The position numbers and the translations under genes are program-made. 64,000 nt of DNA. Origin: Octopus vulgaris. Lineage: Eukaryota. Location: NCBI GenBank assembly GCA_951406725.2, contig OX597835.1:2790001-2854000 (forward strand). Direction: 5' to 3'. The notes below the pieces were generated by a model. The model saw only the letters and a program-made list of their open reading frames with translations. It searched no databases and had not been told where the DNA came from. Positions 27,113 through 42,085 of this stretch are shown piece by piece. Each line of letters opens with the position of its first letter. Position 1 is the stretch's first letter.

Positions 27113-27640
27113 TATGTATATGTATATATGTGTATGTATATATACATATATATATGTGTGGATACATGTATGTATACGTGTATGCATATATATGTATGTA
27201 TGTACATGTATACGTGTATATATATATGTATATATAAATAAATATATATATGTCTTTATATATATATATATATATATATATAATGTGTGTATGTGTATAC
27301 AGACATACGTAGATGCATATGCATCACGATATTTTCATTGTGTGGCTTGTATAGTTATTTCCAGTCTTATGTAAACTAAGTCCATCGATTTTTTTTGTTC
27401 TCTTCTTTTCCCGGTCATGCGTTATGGAATGTTATTCTTGCCTTATTGTTAATGTATTCGTGTCAACATTCGCCTTCCATAGTTATAATGTTATAACAAC
27501 GATCCAATGTTTATGTTTGACTATGATACACACATACACACACACACTCACAGACATGTATAGAAAGAGGGGGAAAAAGAGAGATTGATCTATATATATG
27601 TTGCATATATATTTATACATATATGAAAACTATGTATACT

Positions 27641-27698
<58 letters not shown>

Positions 27699-27862
27699 AC
27701 ATGCGTATAAGTACACAACCGCACACTCATACATGTAATGTTTACCTGTAAGTTTCGAAGAAAAACAGTCATTATTGGTAATAAATACTATTTGATTCTA
27801 CAGGTAATATTGGCTCATCATCCTGGCACTGTTTATATACTTATGAGTGCAAATATATATAC

Positions 27863-27918
<56 letters not shown>

Positions 27919-28060
27919 ATAAGTATATACGTGTGTTTGTGACTGTCTCTTTCTTTCTATATATATGTGTATATATGCATGTATATATTTGTGTTTGTGT
28001 GGGTGCGTGTGTAAATATATACGTCAATGTCTACATATAAATATATACATGCGTATGTAT

Positions 28061-28101
<41 letters not shown>

Positions 28102-28246
28102 CTGTTCAAATTTACAGAAGACTAAAGACGAAGAATGGTGTAGGAACAACAAGCAAGTATAGTAGTTTAAACACTCGAGTAGAATGGAAAAGTCTTCCCA
28201 GTTTCGAGCCTACGCATTTCTATAAGATTAATAGGGAAAATGGAGA

Positions 28247-28314
<68 letters not shown>

Positions 28315-28389
28315 AAATGTGACCTCGTGTGTAGCGTTGGTGATTTTTTTCCCTCTGTCTTTCCTTCTCTGCGTCTTTCCTTCTCCTAT

Positions 28390-28424
28390 GTTTCCGACGA
28401 AGAGCTCCGCTCGAAACGTTAAAC
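28390..28424 (+). ncRNA. Minimal hammerhead candidate (U4C core)
   Basis: gttt-CCGACGA-a-gagc(tcc)gctc-GAAACGTT-aaac; perfect 4-bp stem I. Confidence 0.6.
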
Positions 28425-28493
28425 CCTCCTTTCCTTCTCTCCTGAGCGTCCAATAATACGATATTTGTTCGACGTCCTCGCGTTGTTTTTTTT

Positions 28494-28541
<48 letters not shown>

Positions 28542-28548
28542 AATATGT

Positions 28549-28596
<48 letters not shown>

Positions 28597-28597
28597 A

Positions 28598-28655
<58 letters not shown>

Positions 28656-28741
28656 TCACACATACCGTAAAATTTATTTTTCAATGCAACGTGGCGGTCC
28701 TACGTAGGACGATGTTACTACATTTTAGTCCCAGGAAAACA

Positions 28742-29073
28742 TTTTCCAGCTGGCTACCGACACATGATCTGTGTCCGTAGGACAACTGCCACGTTGCACT
28801 GGCAAATGGACTTTAATGTACGGTACATTGCTGTACAGTAATGTCACTACATATTTATCGCCTCAGAGATATAAAACAAGAAAAAAGTATAATGTGAGCA
28901 AGAGCGAATGGCTGCTATCTCTAGCGGGCTGTTTTCCTGTACCGACGAAGGGAAATTGTCCAGAAACCATTGATGCACAGGTATCACTACGGCTGGAAGG
29001 GTGGATAGGGGCAGTAGACTCCCTTGCTCACAGTATACGGACACAGATAATGTGTCGGTAGCCAGCTGGAAAA
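28742..29073. mobile_element. MITE-like segment with 38-bp inverted repeats
   Basis: 28742-28779 versus 29036-29073, one mismatch. Confidence 0.55.
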
Positions 29074-29329
29074 GAGGTTTTCCAGCGGCTTATACAATAT
29101 ATTATCATGAAATATTGGGCGACTTCATTTACTGCAACCTTCTCGCCAAAAACAAGCATAGAAGTTAATCTTATAAACCTTTACTGAAACATTCTAAAGG
29201 AAGCAAGTGGTCGCGTAAGATTCGTCAGGGAAGTATGCCCCACCCGTTTTTTTTTTGTTGGTATTGGTTTCGAATGTCTACACTCAGATTTACATTCGAC
29301 GGATATTTGTTCTCATCGTGTTTGTTGTT

Positions 29330-29375
29330 AACACAACGTTTCGGCTGATATACTCTCCATCCTTCTTCAGGTGTC
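29330..29375 (-). ncRNA. Minimal type I hammerhead ribozyme with canonical core
   Basis: Minus strand: gacac-CTGAAGA-a-ggatgg(agagtata)tcagcc-GAAACGTT-gtgtt; 5-bp stem I. Confidence 0.7.
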
Positions 29376-29555
29376 TTGGGGAAATTTCGAACCTGGGTTC
29401 TCATTCCTAAGGAATGAGAACCCAGGTTCGAAATTCCCAACGAATGAGAACTCAGGCGGAATTTGAACTCAGAACGCAGTGGCGGACGAAATAACACGGC
29501 GTGCTAACGTTTCTGCCAGCTCGCCGTCTTTCTTCTCCTTCTCTTTATCCTTCTC

Positions 29556-29622
<67 letters not shown>

Positions 29623-30150
29623 GTTCTTTTCTTTATAACGCTCACACATTTTTCATAGAATCACTATCAGGTAATTAGACAAGGAAAGTGTGTTTGTCGT
29701 AATTTAAAAGGAAATTGGCAGCCATTTCTCGTGCGCTGTGAAGTGCGTAGAGGCCATCTTCATACACTTGATCCATGTATCGTTAGCTTGTATTGAATTC
29801 GAATTCTACCTTTTTCAAATGGAATCACACTCCGGCCACAATATAAAGGCGGCTAGTAAACAAGGTATGCTTCTACAATAATAACTGATCCGCTAGAAAT
29901 CGCTGTCAAAACTTCCTCAAATCACTCAGGACTGTTTTATGAAGGAGAAAGAGATGCAGTGAAAGATTCAATCCTTGTTATACACAAAGATGCGATGGTC
30001 ACAACTGAAGCACTTTTATCATATGTTTTCACCAACAAGTCTCATTTAGATATAAATAAAGGAAATAACAACAACAACAACAACAAAAGATGGCATCACT
30101 CTCTTATTTTCAAAGATGGAATCATCGCAGGTAGAATGCTTATGATCATA

Positions 30151-30610
30151 TCCATCATATATAATATCTGTTCTGTCTGTCTGCGTGTGTGTCTTCTAGG
30201 ATCTCGGGCATCCTCCATCCGATTGCGCGCAAATTTGATATGTAGATACCGACGGTATCAGGGCATGTGTAAGTCTTGAAAAAATTACAAAAATCGATTC
30301 CAGGTGAGAATGCGATCGATAAAGCCGTGGGAACGTGCATTTGTACGCGCAAGTACATCAGCTGTTGTGATGTACTTACTGATACTTTAAACTCTTTGGT
30401 TGCATATTTATGTGAATAAAATCGTCTTTCTTCGGAATAGAAAAAAAAGTCTATCTTTATTTCTTCTTTTGATGGTGTCTCAAATTTAGGTTAAATCAGT
30501 GTTTCTCAAAGGAGAGGCCTATGCGATGGTCGGACAAGTTGTTTTGAGAAAATTTGGTTTAAATGTTTGACAACTCAGCACCGTCCATTGGACGGGGGAC
30601 GTTTTGCTCG
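30151..30610 (+). mobile_element. Non-autonomous Helitron, second copy
   Basis: Shares 5' and 3' blocks with 22364-22898. Confidence 0.75.
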
Positions 30611-30789
30611 TGTTTACTAAAGACAAAACCTGAGCGGGACTTGTAAAACAACAACAAAAATAAACCGCTAACAGTATAACGATATCAAATTTTGGCAGAA
30701 GATCAGCAAGTCTGGAGAAAGGGCTCAGTCGATTACATCGATCCTTGTACTCATCTGGTGTTTATTTTATCGACCCCGAAAGGATAAAA

Positions 30790-30961
30790 GGCGCAGGAGT
30801 GGCTGTGTGGTAAGTAGCTTGCTAACCAACCACATGGTTCCGGGTTCAGTCCTACTGCGTGGCATCTTGGGCAAGTGTCTTCTGCTATAGCCCCGGGCCG
30901 ACCAAAGCCTTGTGAGTGGATATTGTAGACGGATACTGAAAAGAAGCCTGTCGTATATATG

Positions 30962-30996
<35 letters not shown>

Positions 30997-31208
30997 TTGT
31001 GTGTCTGTGTTTGTCCCCCTAGCATTGCCGATGCTGGTGTGTTTACGTCCCCGTCACTTAGCGGTTCGGCAAAAGAGACCGATAGAATAAGTACTTATTC
31101 TTACAAAGAATAAGTTCCGGGGTCGATTTGCTCGACTGAAGGCGGTGCTCCAGCATGGCCGCAGTCAAATGACTGAAACAAGTAAAAGAGTAAAAGAGAG
31201 TAAAGAGT
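30790..31208 (+). mobile_element. SINE family B nested in a minus-strand SINE A
   Basis: SINE A sequence ...ccgaaaggataaaag resumes as agtcgac...cagaac after the insert. Confidence 0.9.
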
Positions 31209-31305
31209 ATAGTCGACACCTCAGAACTTACAGACGAACGAGATTCCCCGCAGTATTTTACCCGGCCTGCTAACGATTGTGCCAACTCACCGCCTAAATA
31301 ATATC

Positions 31306-31517
31306 GGTTTTAAATTTTGGTACAAGGCTAACAATTTCGAGGAAGGGGCAAGTCAATTACATCGACTCCAGTATTCTGCTGGTACTTATTTTATCGACCC
31401 CGAAGGTATGAAAGGAATAGTTGACCTCAGTGAAATTTGAATTCAGAACGTAAAAACAGACGAAATACTGCTGAGTATTTCACCGGACCTGCTAACAACT
31501 CTGCCAGATCGCCGCCT
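31306..31517 (-). mobile_element. SINE family A
   Basis: Family A motifs. Confidence 0.75.
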
Positions 31518-31564
31518 TAATAATATTGAAAATATTAATAAACTCTAACATAACAGAGATAATG

Positions 31565-31620
<56 letters not shown>

Positions 31621-32073
31621 TATTATTATTATTATTATTATTATTATTTTAATAATTATAATAAATTCTCATATAGCAGTGGGACTGAACCCCGAACCCT
31701 GTGGCTTAGAAGGAAGCTTTATTAGTTTTTAGGAGGACAAGTTTGAAAGACAATTCAAGATTTCGGTTTAATAGGCGTCGTTTAACAGTTAGCTAATTTA
31801 CTGAGTTTCTACTAAGGCAGAATGAATAAGAATCTTGCTTTGTGTGCATAAATTTCCGAATTCAATTCCACCACGTACGACCTTGGACAATGTTATTGTT
31901 CGTATCTTCGGGTCAACACATACTGGGTACCCGAAAACTGTAGAGAAGCCCATCGAGTGGATTCTACCTGGGACATACATTCTGTGTTATAATGATTCTA
32001 TCTCAGAAGTACGTTTACGTCATATGGCTACGGAATATTCAGACACTTACAAGTTTATTCGAAATAGCAAGAA

Positions 32074-32307
32074 AGGCGGCGAGCTGGCAGAATCGTTAGC
32101 ACGCCGGGCGAAATGCGTAGCCGTATTTGGTCTGCCGTTACGTTCTGAGTTCAAATTCCGGCGAGGTCGACTTTACCTTTCATCCTTTCGGGGTCGATAA
32201 ATTAAGTACCAGTTACGCAGTGGGGTCGATATAATCGACTTAATCCCTTTGTCTGTCCTTGTTTGTCCCCTCTGTGTTTAGCCCCTTGTGGGCAGTAAAG
32301 AAATAGG
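32074..32307 (+). mobile_element. SINE family A, long-tail subfamily
   Basis: ggcggcgagctggcagaatcg...gccccttgtgggcagtaaagaaatagg. Confidence 0.9.
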
Positions 32308-32340
32308 AAACGCAGTTGACCGAGGCAAATGCAGAGCCAT

Positions 32341-32381
<41 letters not shown>

Positions 32382-32604
32382 GGACAGTAGTTTAGTCGTG
32401 ATTGTATTCGGTTCACGATCGTAATGTCATTAGCTCGAAACCCGGCGGGGCGTGTCGTCCTTGATCGGGGCAGTTTATTTCACGTCGATGCACTACACGC
32501 AGCAGTCAACAATGAGTGGTACCTGTGTTACAAAGGGCCGACCTTGTCACATTCAAGGGTCAAGTGGAACTCAACTCGTCGTAGTTACCGACGGAGTACC
32601 ATAT

Positions 32605-32642
<38 letters not shown>

Positions 32643-32701
32643 CTTATTTTGCTCGAGTCAGTCCCCTGCTACTCGAAATTTCATCTGCGTGTGCACAGGA
32701 T

Positions 32702-32933
32702 CTATTTCTTTATTGCCCACATGGGGCTAAACACAGAGAGCACAATCAAGGACAGACAAACAGATTAAGTCGATTACATCGACCCCAGTGCGTAACTAGT
32801 ACTTATTTAATCGACCCCGAAAGGATGAAAGGCAAAGTCGACCTCGGTGGAATTTGAACTCAGAACGTAGCTGCAGACGAAATACGGCTACGCTTTTCGC
32901 CCGGCGTGCTAACGTTTCTGCCAGCTCGCCGCC
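32702..32933 (-). mobile_element. SINE family A, long-tail subfamily
   Basis: Reverse complement of the 32074-32307 type. Confidence 0.9.
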
Positions 32934-33691
32934 AGGATCGTCAGGTAAGTTATAACCCAAGGCAAGTCATAACTTACCTGAAGGTACTGTGCACCAACAG
33001 GTAAAACTTGGAGTAGCAACAGACTGATTCGGCCGAAATAAAGTATCTTGTTAATCTCTACCACCGTACCGAGTTGTCTTCTATTCGAACAGTCAACCCG
33101 ACCGAAGCGGACACATCTATATAAATATGTGTATGTGTGTGTGTGTGAGTGAGTGTGTGTGTTTACTATATGCTTGTGTGTGCGTGTTTGTGCGCGGGCG
33201 TGGGTGTGTACGGGTACCCTTTAAAAATAGACTGTGTTAATGTTAAAGAATCAATAACGCATAATAGCATGAAAAGAAAAAGTGAGAACAGTTTTTGCGT
33301 GGGCTGCAAGTTTATAATTGATCGAAGGCGCGTAGGTGGTTGTAATGTACATCCATATATCTGTGAAAAGATTGAAAAAAAAGCTGCAACTAAAACTGAA
33401 TGTATAACTTAGTGGTTCGCAGTTTGCATAATTATGGTGGCGTGATGGTGAAAAATAGAACCAATTGAAGACAAACATGCAGCATAGAACTGTGTGTAAA
33501 GTGTTTCAAGGATCGATCTTGTGCAGAGGACCTAGTAATAATATATTGGTATTGTCAGACGCTTCGTTTGAGAAAACGAGATATAGTATAGCTATGTCTA
33601 TCTATCTTTATACTCTTTTACTCGTTTCAGCCATGCAGCTGTGGCCATGCTGGAGTACCCCCATGGTCTTTATGACTTCCTTTGGCTGGGT

Positions 33692-33771
<80 letters not shown>

Positions 33772-33872
33772 TAGTATATAAGAGCAAATACACTATATAT
33801 ATATATATTTATACATTACACACACTCATAGATATAGATATAGTACATGTGTTTGCATACACACTATATAGG

Positions 33873-33950
<78 letters not shown>

Positions 33951-35004
33951 TGGCTAAATGTGTATATATATATTATGTGTATAAATATATGTAGACAGAC
34001 AATTTTATTTGTGGTTTTATGTATATATATATACGTGTGTGTGTATATATATATATGTATATATACGTATATATATATATGGAGAGTATGAGTGTATGTA
34101 CGTAGTACTTATGTGTGTGAGTGTATGTACGGATGTGTGTGTGTGTTTGTGGTAGTCTAGGAGGTAAAGGTATTATAATTATTGAGTTAATATAAAGGTG
34201 TGTGTTTGTGTATGTACACATGGACCCCCACCCATATATATATATATATACATCTATACATACATGTGTGTATTTATATATATACATATATATATATATA
34301 GTGATAACATGGTGCGTATCACTTCAAATTTCAATTTTACGTAGAAGAAACAAACAAGATATGGGTCTAAGGTTGATAACAAGTGCAGAAAACACGGAGT
34401 TGATGTTGCGGTCGAAGGACTTGGGTCTGTTTAAAAGTGATTGTTGTCTGGAAATTGACACAATCAGATTAGAAATCATAGACTTCCATATTGCTTACAT
34501 TACTACTACTAATGCTACGACAACTACTAGTAGTATTTTTAATTATGTATACTAATTTTGGGCCCAAGGTTAAAATATATCTGAGAGGATTGCAGCGAAC
34601 CCAATACTTCATTCAGACTTTATTTTATCGACCCCGAAATAGTGAAAGGCAAATTTGACGATGGCGGAATTTGAACTGAGAGCAGAAGAAATGCCGATAA
34701 GCATTTTGCCCAACGCTCTAACTATTCTGCCAGCTCGATTCGTGTTATTGGTACAATGATAGCGAATGACATTTGTATCTAACAGGGAACTTATATTCAA
34801 CACAGGATGGTAAAATGTGGCAGGGAATAAAATTCGGAATGTAGATGCTAAACACAAGCTATAAAAGCATTTTGTTCGCAGCTCTATCCACTTTGTAAAA
34901 CAATAACTCTTTAATATTTTTCCTGCCTTTAACCCTCCAACGCGGAGTATAGGCCACTTATAGTTGAATTCTACGTCGCATAATTTTTCGCTTCTGTACT
35001 TATA

Positions 35005-35425
35005 CTCTGCCATTTCTCTAGTTCATTTTGTGTTGATCTACGCCACGAGTTCTTAGGCCTACCTCTCCTTCTACATCCAACCGGTTTCCACTTTAAAGCA
35101 CTTTTCGCTACATTTGGTGTGTCTTTTCTGATTGTGCTACCAATCCACTTCCACTTTTTCTTAAATATTTGCTCCCTAATCGAAACTTGATTTGTTCTTT
35201 GCCATAGCTCCATATTGCTTATGTGTTGGGGCCATCTAATTTTAAACATACTACGCAAGCATCTGTTGATGAATGATTGCATTTGCTTATTTGACTTAAC
35301 TGTTGTTCGCCATGTCTCAGCCCCATACAATAAACACCGCTTTTACGTTTGTGTTAAAAATTCTTATTTTGTTCTTTATTGAAATAACACTTGCGCTCCA
35401 TATTTCTATTGAAATTTTAACAAAG
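35005..35425 (-). mobile_element. RTE-clade LINE ORF C-terminal fragment
   Basis: YGAETW...FINRCLRSMFKIRWPQHISNMELW...WKWIG...RRRGRPKNSWRR. Confidence 0.9.
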
Positions 35426-35703
35426 GCCAGCTATTTCTACATCTACTCAAGTTGTCAAATGGTACTTATTTTATCGACTCCGAAAGGATAAATGAAGAGG
35501 TCGACCTCGGCGGAATGTGAATTCTGAATGCAAAGATGGACGAAATTCCGCGAAGCATTTTACTCTGTATAATCTCGATTCTGCCAGCTCACTCCCTGCC
35601 TCACTCTGTAATTTTGTTTAATGATTTGTTTCGAAAAGAGGGACACATTCAGAAATTCAGGGAAGCGGGTTTGTTGATTATTACGCCCTTTTGTATATTA
35701 CAC

Positions 35704-36100
35704 TTTTACTTGTTTCAGACATTTGACTGCGACCATGCTGGAGCACCAGCTTTAGTCGAGCAAATCGAACCTAGGACTTATTCTGTGTAAGCCTAGTACT
35801 TATTATATCGGTCTCTTTTGCCGAACCGCTAAGTTACGGGGACGTAAACACACAAGCATCGGTTGTCAAGCGATGTTACGGAGGAGGGTGGGGATAAACA
35901 CAGACACACAAACATATACACACACATACGTATATATGACGAGCTTCTTTCAGTTTCTGTCTACCAAATCCACTCACAAGGCTTTGGTCGACCCGAGGCT
36001 ATAGTAGAAGACACTTGCCCAAGGTGCCACGCAGTGGGACTGTACCCAGAAGTATGTGGTTGGTAAGCAAGCTACTTACCACACATCCACTCCTACGCCT
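35704..36100 (-). mobile_element. SINE family B
   Basis: Reverse complement of family B. Confidence 0.9.
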
Positions 36101-36257
36101 AGTACTAGTACTTAATTTTATGAAGTGCGGTAATGAATAAAAGGCAAATTTGACCAAAGCGAGATTTTAGTTCAGAGTGCACTGGAAGAAGACCCCTGAG
36201 GTATTTTGTCACGCTCTGATCATTAAAAGCAACCCAAAGTTCATAACAATGATGATG

Positions 36258-36935
<678 letters not shown>

Positions 36936-37172
36936 GTTTCAAATTTTGGAACACTACCAGCAGTTTCGGAAACGGTAAAATCTATGTAATCAGTCTAACT
37001 GGTCCTTAACAGGTTCTCATTTCATCGATTCTGAAAGGATGAAATGTAAAGTCGGCCTCGGCAGAATTTCAACGAAGAACGTAAAAAATCAGATGATTCG
37101 CTGCAAAGTATTTTGTCCGGCATCTTGATGACTCAGCCGTAGTAATAATATTAATTAAGTTGATTCAGTCAA

Positions 37173-37271
<99 letters not shown>

Positions 37272-37285
37272 TAATAATAATACTT

Positions 37286-37492
37286 TCTATTATAGGCACA
37301 AGACCTGAAAATTAAGGGAGGGAGATAGGCGATTACATGGACCCTAGCACTCAACTGGTACTTAATTTATCGACCTCGAAAGGATGAAAGGCAAACTCTA
37401 CCTCAGCGGAATTTGAACTCAGAACATAAAGACGGGCTAAATACCGCTAAGCATTTCGCCCGGCGTGCTAACGATTCAGCCAGCTCACTACC
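37286..37492 (-). mobile_element. SINE family A
   Basis: Family A motifs. Confidence 0.85.
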
Positions 37493-37547
<55 letters not shown>

Positions 37548-38449
37548 TAAAAGAAGAAATTCATCAATTTTTAGGGAGTTAGTCGATTACATCATCCCCA
37601 GTACTTCACTTGTACTTTATCAACCCCCGAATTGATGAAAGGCAATGTTGATAATAAGTTGCTATAGGGCAATAAAAGGAAGAGAGCTTAGCAAGGAAAA
37701 ATGACAGTTTGAGCAGGAAATTTCTGAAAAAGACGAGGAAGAAATTGATGATGGTGCTGAGGATGCTGATGAAAAGAGATGAAGAGGATGGCGATTATCT
37801 CTAACGTAGAGGCAAAGCCTCAGATGCTTGGGATGAGCATAGGGGATTAAATCGACCAGAGAACTTCATTCGTATCTTATTTTATCGGACCGAAAGCATA
37901 CAAGGTAAAGTTGGCCTGGGCTAGATTTGAAATCAGAACCAAAATAAATAATAATCTTTCAAAGCACTTTGTCCAATGGTAGGAAATGGGTCTGTTTTGC
38001 TATCCGTAACGTGCATGGATTAGGATGTGATGGGTTTTGCTGAAGGAAGCCCATACTCCTCCGCAATATCGTAATTGGATGCTTAACCGTAAGGGGAAGC
38101 TTCCTTGTGTTCTGCCTCCAAAACCAGATGCAGAGATTTTGTTTCTGTTACACCAACATTTCCCCTTTTCTGTCCTAAGTAAATTATATATTAGAATAAC
38201 ATTGGTGTTAGTTAACATCACTCTGTACTCTTGGCCCCTAATATCAGTACACATACCTTGTGATTTACTGACTACATATGTGTATGTGCGCATGTGAGCT
38301 TGTGTGTTTGTGTGTGTGTGTGTGTGCGTGTGTGTGTGAGTGTGTGTAGGTATGGACATGCAAACTGGAAAAATAGATCTCTAAATATGTGTATATATAT
38401 TTTTATTAATATCTCGCAGAAGCTGAATATGTGTGCGTGTGCGTGTGTA

Positions 38450-38508
<59 letters not shown>

Positions 38509-38627
38509 ATATATTTGTTTGAATCTATTAATAAATGCTTATATATGTATATATATATATATATATTGTGTGTATATATATATATTTGCATGTGTATATG
38601 TATGTATATATATACGTATATATGTGC

Positions 38628-38670
<43 letters not shown>

Positions 38671-38989
38671 AATGACATATTTCTTAGAGGGGTCATGTGT
38701 ATTAATTTCATAGATTCATTTTAATTGATTATTTTTTCACGTAGCCCTTATAATGGGAGCACCCTATAAATATTTACTGTACTTAATTCAAAGGAAAATA
38801 TAATCCCAACAACTTATTAAAAGATGCGCAAGATTTCTGTTAAGAGTTCAGTGTTAAGTTAGAAAGTTATTACTTTCTTTAGAACGGTAAATTAAAACAG
38901 GTAAAATACAGGTAGACAAGATTATATAAGAAGGGCGAAAGGAACAGAATAATATCGATTGTTAGGGAATAGGGGTATGTGCATGTGCA

Positions 38990-39541
38990 AGGAGAGAGAG
39001 TGAGAGAGGCAATAGCAAAGGTAGAGTGAGGGGGAGAGAAGGAGAGAAGGAGAGAGAGAGAGGTGGACATAAATTTATTTCATTTTGATCAGGTGCGGAG
39101 TAAAAAGAGCGAAGGGCAATGGTGTGTATGTGTGTGTGTGTTTGAGAGAGAGAGAGAGAGAGAGAGTGTGAGTATATGAGTGGGTGTGTGGATGCACACG
39201 GGCGTGTGACTGAGTGTGCGCATGTGTGTGAGTGCGTGTGCGTTTGTGCGCACGCAAAGAGAAAGACGAGAAAGAGGAAAAGAGAAAGAAGAAAGCGAGA
39301 GAAAGGGGAAGAAACAAAGAGAAGGTTAAATGACACCGAGAGAAAAAAAAAACGTGAGGTAGCGTGAGAGAGAGGAGAGAGAGAGATGCGGAGAGAGGAG
39401 GAGGGGTTGAGAGAGAGGAAGGATGTCAGGGAAAGAGACAAAAAGAGTGAAAGAGAGGAAGAGCGAGGAAGAGAAGGGAAGAGAGAGAAAGAGACAAAGA
39501 GGTAGAAAGAGAGGGAGAGGGATATATATAGAGAGATAAAT

Positions 39542-39583
<42 letters not shown>

Positions 39584-39675
39584 AGGGAGACTGCTGAATT
39601 TAATAAAATATATAGTGAAAATCCAATTTTGGAAGAGGAAAATGTGTGAAGAGAAAAGAGAAGAGAAGAGAAGAA
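38990..39675. repeat. GA-rich low-complexity tract
   Basis: Direct reading. Confidence 0.9.
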
Positions 39676-39837
39676 TTTTTGAAAATTCGATTTGAAAGTG
39701 AAACTACATTTTTTATTATCATTTTATATTTTATCAAATATTGTATCATATGGCCAAAAAGCATCTACATACAAATATATACAGTATATACACCAATTCA
39801 CACAACTACATATAAACACATATATGTATAAATACAT

Positions 39838-39871
<34 letters not shown>

Positions 39872-40513
39872 GCAAAGAGAGAGAGAGAGAGAAGGGGGAG
39901 AGAGAGAAATAGAGAAACAGACAGGTAGGTAGATAGATAGATAGAATGGTTGATTAATAGGTATTTAGGTAGAGAGGCTGATAGGTATATAGAAAGATCG
40001 CCCTTAAATGCTGTCACACAATATATTTGAGAGAAAAACAAGAGGGAATATGTTGGGCTTTGCTGTGTCAACCAGACTGACCTATGCCTGGGATCATAGA
40101 AAACAACAAAGGCATATAATGTATGAATGTATATACACGCGCATAGAAATAAATAAGACCCCCTCCCCATATATATATGTATATATATATATATGTAAAT
40201 ACAGGCACAAGCACAAATACACGCGACACACACACACAGACACACACTATATTTATATGCATCAATATTTTTTCATACAAGCTGGTCAAAACAAATCATA
40301 CTACAAACAACAAGGTAAAGATTTGCAGCAACAGCAAACCCACTTGGATAACTGAATGCCTGGATGCCTTCCTTCTTTCCAAATCAATAAGGTAAAAACA
40401 TTTCAGACACCTGCAAATCTACCGCTACCTCCACCACCACTATTAGTGCATATTATTACAATCATATATCACATTAATACTATCGATATATCGATATATG
40501 GTACGTGTATGTG

Positions 40514-40547
<34 letters not shown>

Positions 40548-40599
40548 CGTGTATGCACCCGTACAAACGTATGTGTGTGCATATACATATGTATGTACA

Positions 40600-40687
<88 letters not shown>

Positions 40688-41219
40688 TACATGTTTGATA
40701 TTCATTTATCCTAATCCGCTGACAGTTATTGCAAAATATTTTTTACCTACCTGTTATCTTCACACGTTATTACTTTAAGCGATGTGTTTATATATGTTTA
40801 TATATGTATATATACCTATATATATATATATATATATAATAACTATATATTTCTATGTATGTGTGTTTGTGGCTTCCTCGGCGGATTTCTCTTGTGCACA
40901 GATCAAGCTAAGTCGCTGGTTCTTATATAGTGTCGGCTCTCCACAAATGCCCCTCCCATTCAGCTACTCTCACTTCATCCCTTCCACTTCTCTCTTCTCT
41001 CCTTTCTCATCTTACTCTCCACTACTCCTTCCTCCATATTTTATTCAACTCTCTTATCCAACATTACATTTCATGCCTATCCTATGTCGATGCTTACGTT
41101 CACGATTCTATCTTATCCTATTCTATTCTATCCTGCTCTATCTATTCCAGTTTACCTTAGAATTAATTCTGTTTTTCACTTTATCCACACCCCCCCCCCC
41201 CCCCGCCATTCTCATTCAA

Positions 41220-41769
41220 CTGCTACTGCTGCTGCTACTATAACTGCCACTGTTACTGCTACTGCTGCTGAGACCGCTACTGCTACAAATTCACTTCCAT
41301 TCTACTAATGCTTGTCCCCACCTACACTGCCACTACCACCACTACTACCGACGACACCTTCTCATCGTCGTCATCGTCGTCGTCGTCGTCACCTCCGCTC
41401 TTAACCGTCATCCACACCGGCGACGTCGACGTCATCATCATCGTCGTCGTCGTCATCGTTTCTCGTCATCATTAACATCATCATCATCATCAATAATCAA
41501 CTTCTACCACCACCACCACCACCACCACCACCACTACCACGACCATCATCATCATCATTGTCAATATCATCCTCATCATCATCATCACTACCACCGCTGC
41601 TGCCAGTACCACCAGTACCACAACCACCACTATCACCACCATCACCACACCCACCGTCACTACCATCAGCACCACCACCAACACCACCACCATTATCACC
41701 ATCTGCACCACCACCAACACCACCACCATTACCACCACCACCACTACCACCACCATCACCACCACCATC

Positions 41770-41800
<31 letters not shown>

Positions 41801-42085
41801 ACATCTTCATTACCACCACCACACAGCCGACCGTAATACTACCACCACCAACACCACCACCACCACCATAAACCTCCTCATCATCCTCCTCATCATCCTC
41901 ATCATCAATCTTATCGCTGTCGTCGACATTGTTGTCGTCATAATTATGAACGTCATTATTATTGTCCTTGACATCATCTTTTGCATCATCTTTATCACCA
42001 TCATCATCATCATCATCAACATCAGCTTCACCATACACCATGCACCCAACCCTCTCCTCCACCCCCTCATTCTCATCATCATTAC
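41220..42085. repeat. Mixed trinucleotide (CAC/CAT/CGT/CTA) low-complexity array
   Basis: Direct reading. Confidence 0.9.
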
